DNA of 20,000 nt from Psammoneis japonica (taxonomy: Eukaryota), in contig QPGO01000093.1 of NCBI GenBank assembly GCA_008632985.1, positions 300,384 to 320,383 of the forward strand, given 5' to 3'. Below, piece by piece: positions 1-9,073 of the stretch. The position numbers and the translations under genes are program-made. The notes under the pieces were generated by a model, which was not told where the DNA came from, did not search any database, and worked only from the letters and a program-made list of their open reading frames with translations. Numbering within the stretch: the stretch's first letter is position 1; each line of letters starts with the position of its first letter.

Positions 1-1665
1 ATCGATTCGACCCAACTACGATTCCACCTACTGCTGCTACTCGGCGAACTGCTGCTCGGAATGCCATGGATCGGTTGGAAGACTCCGGAGTCGTTCGGTT
101 TGTTGAAAGAACTACCGAGGCAAATTTCTTTGAGTTTGCAAACCTCGATGCGACCACCTGCTACTCCACACAGGTTGGTTGGAATGGCGGAGTTGGGCCT
201 CAGTCCGTCATTAATTTGGGATTTTGTAACAGCAACACCCCAAATGACCAAAGCGACATCATGCATGAGATATTCCATACATTGGGATTTTGGCATGAAC
301 ACTCACGACCGGATCGCGACAGCTTCATTACCATTACTTCGACTGTGGCGAACAGCAACTGGGCAATTTTAGCAGCCGCAGATGTTGATAGCCTTGGCTC
401 TGCCTATGACTATGCATCCTTCATGCATTACCCTACTGGCGCTTTTAGTGGAGACTTCACCTTCACTTTGGACAATACACAGCCCGCCTGTCTCAATACT
501 ATCGGGGTAGGTCACAAAAGAGGCCCTAGCTGGGAAGACATTGAACAGTTACGTCTCCGATACCATTGTGCGGCTGGCTCTCGCACCGGACCAGTGAACA
601 TTGCTGACTACTGCACCACGGATTGTCAATGCTGGGAAAATGCGCTCGGAGATTGTGACAGCGACAACGAATGCCAAGGTAAGGCAGCTATTGTTTCGAA
701 AATAAGACGGGAAAGTAAAACACTTTTCTCTCACTTTTCATTTTGCTTGTTCCTTTTCAGGAGATCTTATATGCGGCGAGGCCAGGGATCCAGGTCCAGA
801 AAACTGGATCTGCGAACCAATGGTCCGTGTTCTCCCAGAAAACATGTGCCGTGTAAACACTCAACCCGTGGCTTCATGCCAGGATGTCACCAGGTCTGCG
901 AATGCTAATTGTGCTTACGAGGTTCAACTCAGTGATGTTGACGCCGGTTCTTTCGATCCCGATGGTCATGTCAACCCTCCCACAGTTGAGCTCATTACCC
1001 TGGGTGGCACCACTCTTTCACTCGGACAGACAGCCGTCCAAGTCAGAATTACGGATACAAGCCCTCCGTTTCTCTTTGACGAGTGCACGGCTCGTGTGAC
1101 AGTCGTTGACACCACCGCCCCGACTATCACATGTCCGGCAGATATCACCGTGAACAACGATATCGGGGACTGCGGTGCTGTGGTCCCGTATTCATTACCA
1201 GATGCACAGGACAACTGTTTAACAGCTCTGACGCGGACCGCCGGTCTCGCCCCCGGTGCGCGCTTTCCTGTTGGAACTACAACGGTGACGTACCAAGCCA
1301 TTGATCAAGGCTTCCTCACGGCCTCCTGTAGCTTCACTGTCACTGTCGTCGACAACGAGGCACCCACGGCACAGTGTGTTCCAGATCCGGACTCCCCAAT
1401 TTTCCATTTTGTTGATCGCTGGATTGTAAGCGCCACTGACAACTGCGGAGTTACGGGCTTTGGAGTTCGGAATGCCGGCGACGATGCCTTTCCTGGTCCT
1501 TTCGATGCGACAGGTACAAAGATCAAGTACATCGATATCCCAATTTGTAAGACTTTACAGTCCGAAGGAATAACAGAAGTTGATTACAAACTCACGGGGT
1601 GCGGCCCTCCGAAGGTGTTTGCATCCGATCTCGCAGGTAATACCGGCATTGTTGCCTGCTCCTAG
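1..1665 (+). CDS. Astacin-family (M12A) zinc metalloprotease with Cys-rich module and C-terminal HYR/Ig-like repeats; 5' end outside window. Exons <1..678 and 761..1665
   Basis: Frame is open from position 3 (RFDPTTIPP...). Astacin signature HEIFHTLGFWHEHSRPDRD starts at 264, and the Met-turn SFMHY is at about 417-431. Intron 679..760 (GTAAGG...pyrimidine tract...TTTCAG) joins ORF 66..908 to ORF 820..1665 in frame (...DNECQ-G-DLICGE...). HYR-like unit DTTAPTITCPADITV...FPVGTTTVTYQAID...ASCSFTVTVVD lies at 1108..1353, flanked by related units. Confidence 0.9.
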
Positions 1666-2056
1666 GCATGGCCAGAATGACAACATGCTGTAACGATAAT
1701 GTCAGTTTCAGATGGACACACGACATCAAAACATCAGTTAAACTAAACCAGTCGATACCAATAACACAAGCTATTAGCGCTCTTTGCACTGAATATACGG
1801 TATATGAGTTCCTACTTCTGAACTCGCAAGCACGTTTTAGTTGAAGAGGAAGATAGATACCGGTAGCACTAGAGATAGAGCGCGCGCCCGGGCTCGGAGG
1901 GCGGACATCTTCAGGTTGCGTTTGTCCGAAGCCTTACTAGCAGCCAAACACTGAAAACATGAAGAAGGCTATCAACCTTGTACGGTGCTAATCATCACGT
2001 ATCACGTTGCAGGTTTGTCTTCGACACAATGGTGAAGCGCCATTGGAGAACCGACA

Positions 2057-4977
2057 TTACAAGCTTCTCACCTGGAACTGTCGAGAACATCCACTAAAAT
2101 CAGAAGTACCACCGAACAGGATCTTTCTTGTTCCAAAATGACATATCCGATACACGCCTATCGGCGTTTCAGAGTGAATATCCCAGGTAATTTCAGCAAA
2201 AGAAGAGCCTTTCAGGATATCTTCCTTCCAGAAAAACCGCGTACACCAATCGCCATCGACGTACTTTGTTGTCCATGTGCCATCGTCTTGGTTCAGACGG
2301 TCAACAGAAAGAAACGTATCTTCAATTCTTTGGTTGTTTCTGGGGTTTCCTGTTCGAAATGAAACGATAACCCTGTCACCAATGTTATACTCCTCTTTTG
2401 CATCGATCGCCATTGACCCGTACTATGGTGACAAGGAGACGAGATCTGACAATTTTAGAAAACTGATTCTCCTCGGGGTTCCAGAGGGAGAGTGAAAGAG
2501 CAACAAAGCTACAGCTCAAGGACGTACCTTCCTCCCGAATCCAATGGTATCAAACACAACAGGTGGGAGCAGCGATATCTGCTTCTGCGACAAGTCTTGA
2601 GGGGCTGGATCTGAGGCTGAAGGATTGTCTTCGAGTAGATCACGCGTGATACGTTCAAATTCTTGAATATAAGCCTTTAGAGTGTGTGGCCCGTACAAAG
2701 TTGAAGCAGCCTCATACCTCTGGCCTGCATACTCCTCAATGGTCGTCACATAATGAGTATATGAGTTCGCCAACCCAGCAATCGTGACTATGGGATCTTT
2801 CACTCCTTTCTGAACTAGAGTGTCTCGGACTGCGCTGCGAAGTCGTCTACCAGCCATGGTAGTGAATTCAGAAGGAACATTGAGAATGAAAAGCTGGCCA
2901 ACCCGAAAGATTGAAATAGGAAGAGTCGAAGAGACCCAGTCGTAAGGAAGCGTCACTGAGCCCAACTGTGCGAGAATGGGCTTCGGGGCCTGGCATTGAT
3001 TATCATCTTTCGTTGGAGGAGAAAGAAAGCCAGACACAAGGTTCCAAAACGGATTTGGCTACGATTGCCCAGCAATGACACAATAAAAAGCGCAGCAAGT
3101 GAGAGTAAAATGAATAAAAACTTGTGAGATGTTGCGTGGGCCCCAACTTACACTGGTGGTACCCTGTTCAAAAATGGAGCTGAGCAAACATGAAGAGATG
3201 CACGCGTCAGAGTGGAGAAAAGCAAAAATATAGTAATCCCAAACGTGTTTGATACAGTTTGCAGAGAACCCAGAGAGCCAGAAAACTTACATAGTGGGGC
3301 CATCCGTGGTGCCAGCAGCAAACGCGTACCCCAACGCAGCACTGCATGTAGTCGCAGTGCTTCCGTCATCCAAGAGAACGGCACGTTTCTCCATGTTAAT
3401 GAACGAGTGTCGGAAATCAACGTCACCGCTAAGCGTTTTACTTGTTGCAGTATCCTGATAAAGCTCAACTGCCTTTTCGTACTGTTTGCGACCAATAATC
3501 TCGGTCGACTCGAACATATCGTTGCCAGGGCCAAAGGCGATGCAGAGCTCACTTTTGCCGTTACAAGTGGATGATTCCACGTCACATGGCAATCCTGAAA
3601 ATGCAGTAAATCGTTATGGAATCAAATAGAATTAGCACGTGCTGTGAGCTGATAAACTGGAGATTTCAGGATAAATCGGTCTCACCGGTATCGATGCATC
3701 GTGGTCCGTTGGTATTCGGAGATATATCCCCGAGGTTGGTCGAAGCAAATGCACCAACGAACTTTCCTTTACCAGGTAATGTGTCTTTTCCGTTGAAATG
3801 CTTTTCCATCAAATACGATGCGTATCCTTTGTTATCTCCTGAAATGAGCTACAACAACAGGACACCAAAACGGGAAACAGGGTGAGCAGGTAAATCTTCT
3901 TTCCTCTCCCTGTTTTACTTTTTCTCTCACTCACAGAGTTTGTTCTGTTCATGCTTGTTCCATGAACAGCAAACCAAGACAAAGCGCCAACATCTGCTCC
4001 ATTTTCCGAAGTGAACTTGAGGAGCAGCATGGTCTTATCTGTATCACCTTCATCTGCATGCTCATTTCGCTCGCTTTGGGGATTCAGCAAGTAGCTGGAC
4101 GGGGATCGGTTAATGTTTGAATCGAGTAAGGGGCCGCTCGACGCGTCAATGTTTCCAGGTTCAAGATTATCATAGGCTCTAATTTTTTGCAGCAACGAAT
4201 CCATGAGAATGGTAACGAGACTGCGACACCGACACTTTTTCAATGAGCGCACCTTTTAATCGACTGAGCAATTCCTTCCACAAAGGCATCCATGGTTTCA
4301 TCCACAAAGCCAAGGCTTGTCACCTGGTACAGCGTGTACTGAAGAAAACCAGCGGGTCCGGAATGCGTGTGCGTCCCGCTAATGCTTAGGTTTTCCAAAT
4401 GGCATAGTGGTTTTCCTGAGTTGCCCTGCACAGGGAGTAGCTCTTGTAACCGACGGACGACGCGAATGTTTATCAAATCACTTCCCATGCCGGCGTCAAT
4501 GCTAACAAAGCAAATTGTTTCCTCTGGTTCAGCAAGTAGAGATGCCGTCTTCTCGTTCAGCCGTGTAGCATCGTTTTCGAATTGCCGACGCAAAAGAGAT
4601 CGATCACGACCTTCTTCTTCATTATTTGTCGCTACAGTGCTAGTAGTTGGCCGCTTTGCCACGATGAAGGCTCGGGAACGCAAACGTTGATGAATCCCTT
4701 GCGCTTTTTGTGTTGGGTCTCCGTACCCCATAAAGTTGACATTTGCAGCAGGTCCTGTGCTGTAGGAATACAAGAGGCAACGTCCACATATTACATTTGT
4801 CAAGCAACAACAACAACAGACAGATGTAAATCCCTGAACTTACATGTCGTATATTCCCGTTCCAATCAAGTAATTACTACCGTCCTGATTCTGTGCAACT
4901 GCACACAACAGACAAGCCTGAAGAAGAAGACATTGCAAGAACACAGTGCGCATCATTGTCGCTGCCGACAAGGGCAT
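2057..4977 (-). CDS. Neutral/alkaline non-lysosomal ceramidase with signal peptide. Exons 4977..4844, 4759..4253, 4178..3935, 3848..3686, 3594..3291, 3179..3152, 3058..2528, 2422..2057
   Basis: The spliced product has family motifs YLIGTGIYDITGP, GIHQRLRSRAFIV, SGTHTHSGP, NINRSP, WFAVHGTSMN, ISGDNKGYA, NLGDISPN, FAAGTTDGP, PSEFTTMAGRRLR, QRYEAASTLYGP and GVYRICHFG. All seven introns are GT-AG and keep the frame: 4760-4843, 4179-4252, 3849-3934, 3595-3685, 3180-3290, 3059-3151, 2423-2527. The N-terminus is hydrophobic (MMRTVFLQCLLLQACLLCAVA). The start is either 4977 or 4956. Confidence 0.95.
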
Positions 4978-5429
4978 GGTCGATTGGGTGCGAGGTGCGA
5001 GTGAACTGCTTTGCCCTTACCACTGATCATGGTTCATGGTGGAAGCAAGAATGAAGAACGAAGAAAAGCCGAATGAGCTGGCAAATTTTGAAATTTTGGA
5101 TTTGAAATTTTGTCAGATTTTGCAGAAATTTGACAATTTTCAAACACGCGGGAATCGGAAACCCACATAGCCAACGGAAAACACGCGAACCCCGTTATTT
5201 AATACTCCTTTATACAAGCCTACAACTTTTTATAGTTTTTATTCTAAAAATGACAAATTTCAACTATCCAACCTACCTGTATGTTGCCGTACGGTTTTTC
5301 GTACAAAATTACGTGGGCCCGAGACTGCTGAAACACACACACGCAAAAAAGACGACAATGATGATGTTGTGAATACTTGTTTGATCACTACACGTTATAA
5401 ACTCTGATTCTCTCTTTATACTTCCAACA
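4978..5429. promoter_or_regulatory. Probable bidirectional promoter region between the ceramidase (-) and the epimerase-DUF616 gene (+)
   Basis: AT-richer 452-bp gap between two divergent start codons. A TATA-like TTATAAA lies at about 5395-5401, upstream of the ATG at 5430 (context CAACAATG). Confidence 0.55.
5083..5144. repeat. Degenerate tandem AAATTTTG-type repeats that include an imperfect palindrome (5101..5144)
   Basis: aaattttg aaattttg gatttg aaattttg tcagattttg cagaaatttg acaattttc. The arms tttgaaattttgtca (5101-5115) and tgacaattttcaaa (5131-5144) are near reverse complements. Confidence 0.7.
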
Positions 5430-8400
5430 ATGGAAGCCAACGGCTGGGACGATGCAGCCCGTCCCTCGAGTTCGCTACGACCCCCGCAACACCACGCTCA
5501 CGACTCGGACGAGGAATGGTCATCCACGGACGGTTCCTTTCAACAAGAAACGGCCCCGTCATCTCCCTTTGGGCACATGACGTATGCTCTGCGTCGTCCT
5601 GCGGCCGTGGTTCGTACCAATAGCATTGGCTCGTCTGCCGAGACGAACAACAACAAGAATCCGAATGAACAAATTGGATTTCACCCCGGCCAGCAAACCC
5701 GTCACCGCTCCCCGATTCCTCCTCAGCACAAGGCGCAACTACAACAGCAGCAGCAGCAACAACAGCATGCTACGAGCAAACCAACCGCAGCACGCCGGAC
5801 AGCAGCACGCATTCATCCGCAGCAGCAGCAACAACGTCCGTTGAAGTTTGGGAGTGTCGTGCGTCTGTTTGTCGTGATTGGAGGTTTGGGATATGCGGTG
5901 TTGATGATGATGCTGTTCTCCAATCCCAACTTTTCGTCGGACTATCCCGTGGTGTATCCCAGTTCCAATCGACATTCGTTTGCGTCACGACACGCGGCCG
6001 ACATGGCGAGACATGACCTTCGACGTCAATCGGAAAAGGAAGCCAAGAAGCGTGCTCAAGAACGCAGACGTAAAACGAAACCGAAATCATATTCCAAACA
6101 AAATCTACAGCGCTACGAAATTCTACTGGCGGACGATGAACGCCGTGGAGCGGCCACACCGGATCCCATTTACATGGGACGCAAACAACCGACACCGGCA
6201 AGTCTTTCGGATCTCTGCGGAACGCATGCTCGCAACGCGTCTCTGTCGCATGCCAATTCCTATCTGGCGTACGATGCCTTGAATGAAAAGGCACGCGTCA
6301 TGATTACCGGCATTTTAAATCCCATTGGCTTTCATTTGGCACTCAAATTGCAACAAGAATGCGGCGTCCAAGTCATGACGGGAATTGATCCCATGTATCC
6401 CAACACGGTGGCGAATCGTCTCGACATTTTGCCACGCATTCAAACGCTGGCCACCATGATTCCCAAAATGGTACAACCCATCGTTCTACCTTATATTGGC
6501 TTGAATCCACGCATCAACACCAAACGACGCAGTGGCAAACGTCCGTTATTGTTGGACATCACGAGAGAATTCAATTTGCTTTCGTTTCATCCCACTCACA
6601 TTGTGCATTTGGCATCGTACACGCCGGAAATGTATCAAGACGTCAAGGCCCGTAAAGAGGGACGCATCAATGTCAATTCTCCCTATGTCAAAGATGAAAC
6701 GTACCCACCCATGTATTATGCTCGTTCCAGCATGATGGCCATGGAGCACGTGCTGAGTTCGGTTGCGGGTGAGGGAAATTTTCACAATCGACCGCACGTG
6801 ACGTATGCATCATCCTTGGATGTATCTTCTTCTTCCGGCAAGCAGGATTTTCATTCCAAACTCAAATTGGTGGATGAAGTCATGGCGGATGCCTATCATT
6901 CCATCAAGGGTGTCACGGCGGTGGGATTGCGTTTGCCACGAGCCATTTATGGACCACACGGTAGACCCGATACGCCCGAACACGATTTGGCACAAGCGGT
7001 GGTGCGAGATTGGCATTTAGACGTGTCGTCGTCGTCCTTGTTGGACAAGGCCAATGTGACGAATGCCGAACGAGACTTTTTGTTTGTGGATGGTATGTTG
7101 TTGTAAAACTGTGCAAAGATGGATATGTTGTGTGCAGATTATGTGTGATTGTTGCTCAGTTCCATCGCTCCTTTCATTATTGTTGTCGTTGTTGCAGACG
7201 TTGTGGACGCCATTATTGCAGCCATGCAGTACCGTCCCGAGAGCTCTTCGCCAGCCGTCTTTGATATCGGACCCGCTTCTGTCTCGTCTCTGAGTCGGGC
7301 GGCAGAAATTATGGAAAACTTGAAACCCTTGGGTCCCCACAAGTGGCGCTGTCGACCTCGGTGCGTTCCGGACTCGACTATCCCAAGACAGCCAATTATC
7401 TCAAGTGGTCTCCCACGACGCCACTGACTCTGGGCATTCAAAAACTCTTGGCGTGGCACTTGGACGAAAAGAATCCCTACGGTGCACCGCTGCCCCAACC
7501 GAAATCGTACAAGCAAGCCACGCTGGCACCCAAACCAGAGTCGGCCTATGAAACGGGCGATGCCTTTTTGGAACGACACTCGGCACCCACGTGTGCCGTG
7601 GATGATGTGTATTGTCATTTGGGATCGCTACCCTTGCCTTGCGTTTCCGAGTGCACCACCAAGACGCATTGTGCTCCGTCCGTGCTCGATGACATGCTGG
7701 AGCTATCCAAGGAAGTGACCAAGGGATGTGATATCATCATGTACACGCAGTCGCTCGGCTATGATGTGCAGGATTTGAATCTGGAATCGCAATACATGGA
7801 GGATGGGAAGCGGATTGTTTGTAACTTTGCCTTCATTCCCAAAGACAGCAAGCTGACCAAGACGGTGACGAAAAAGGTTCCATCCGAACAGCTTGAGAAG
7901 TTTGGTGTCAAGATAGACAAGGATCGTCCCGATTGGGAAGAACGACGATTGGAAGGCCTTAATGGCCGCTTGCTGTACAAGGGTTGGATTCTCTTGTGGG
8001 TCGACGACGGATTGAAACCACTCTCACAGGCGGATGAGTACTTGTTGAAAATGACACCGGCAAAATTTTTTGCCAAGAGTGTCACGCATGCCATGTACGT
8101 GTCGGAAGACTTTCCAGTGACACCCAACATTCAGGATGTGCTGTTTCTTGCCGATGAGACGTTTCGTCCCCGTTTCAAACGACGTTCTGTCTATCGCAAC
8201 GAAGACGATGGCAAGAAGCACAAGTATGTGTTGGAGGAAGAACCAGAACGTCGAGCCGTCTTGCTCGCGTCTCCGCTGAAGAGAATGAAGATGGGCAACC
8301 AGCTGGACAAGACGGAAAAGATGACCGTGCATGATGCCACCAAGTACATGATTTTTGAGACTGGTGGTGATCCAATGGCTGCGGAACCAATTGAGTTGCG

Positions 8401-8941
8401 AAAACAACGAGAATTCTACGAGCGAGTCCCTACCTTTGTCAATCGAATGGATATGCGTTCACCCTTTGAGAACATTTATCACTATGAACTTCAGAATTGG
8501 ATTCGTTCGCGATGGATTGTGCACGACTTAAGGGTGGATGAAGGCAGAGAGGTTCGGTGCAAGTGGTACAGTGAGCATGTTCAGTGGAACAATGAATTGG
8601 ATCAGCTCAGTTTTGGTCATGTCATGAACATGCTGGAGCTGAAACGTCGCTTGGTTCGAAACGAGCCCGATGAGCGCGCTCGTAACGCGGAAGAACGGCC
8701 AGAAATATTGAAAGAGCTTACTGACGCACACGAGTGGCACGGAATTCTTGGTGTGCGCAGTCTTGCGGAGCTGAAGGAAGTGGAGCGCACTGCAAAAGAA
8801 GATGAGGTTGTTGAAGAGAATCCTGTTGAAGAGATGGAGAAGGATCCGATTTGGTATGTGAGAATATTGAGCGAACGCTTCATGCTACAGGCGAGAAAGG
8901 CGTGGGTCGAAAGACAAAGGAGAAAGATGAAAAAGCGTTAA
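5430..8941 (+). CDS. Type II membrane protein: degenerate NAD-dependent epimerase (UDP-glucuronate 4-epimerase-like) domain fused to DUF616/TOD1-MUCI70 glycosyltransferase-like domain. Intron 7093..7197 and one frameshift near 7323-7343
   Basis: Low-complexity N-terminus, then a single TM helix at about 5856-5918. GAE-like motifs are RVMITGILNPIGFHLA, PTHIVHLA, TYASS, GLRLPRAIYGPHGRPD, ERDFLFVD|DVVDAIIAAM (across intron GTATGT...TTGCAG) and LKWSPTTPLTLGIQKLLAWH. C-terminal DUF616-like motifs are CNFAF, WILLWV, LLKMTPAKFF...HAMYV and RCKWYSEHVQWNNELDQLSF. A -1 shift is needed to join the frame of 7198 to ORF 7343..8941. Confidence 0.8.
5742..5765 (+). repeat. CAA/CAG trinucleotide repeat encoding polyglutamine (8 Q), with a second shorter run near 5820-5834
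   Basis: caa cag cag cag cag caa caa cag, in frame within the N-terminal low-complexity region of the 5430 gene. Confidence 0.85.
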
Positions 8942-9073
8942 GCTGGTTCTATAGAATCTGTTATTGTATACAGTGTTGCTCTCTAGCTAGTTGCTGTCTC
9001 TTAGGAGCTTTGCAATTGCGAATACACCAATGAATATTTAAAGCCTTCCTTCTATTGTTATTAGACGGCAATT

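Noticed and set aside
679..908. C-terminal 76 aa of ORF 66..908 (GKAAIVSK...CEC)
   Set aside because: Read-through of intron 679-760 into the wrong frame; the true protein continues in the 820..1665 frame.
1870..1905. GC-rich patch gagcgcgcgcccgggctc as an RNA gene or terminator
   Set aside because: Only a short self-complementary stretch; no tRNA cloverleaf or other recognisable ncRNA.
7320..7335. Programmed -1 ribosomal frameshift site
   Set aside because: TTG AAA CCC TTG does not form an X XXY YYZ slippery heptamer in the zero frame. Several similar indels nearby, including one of opposite sign, favour assembly error.
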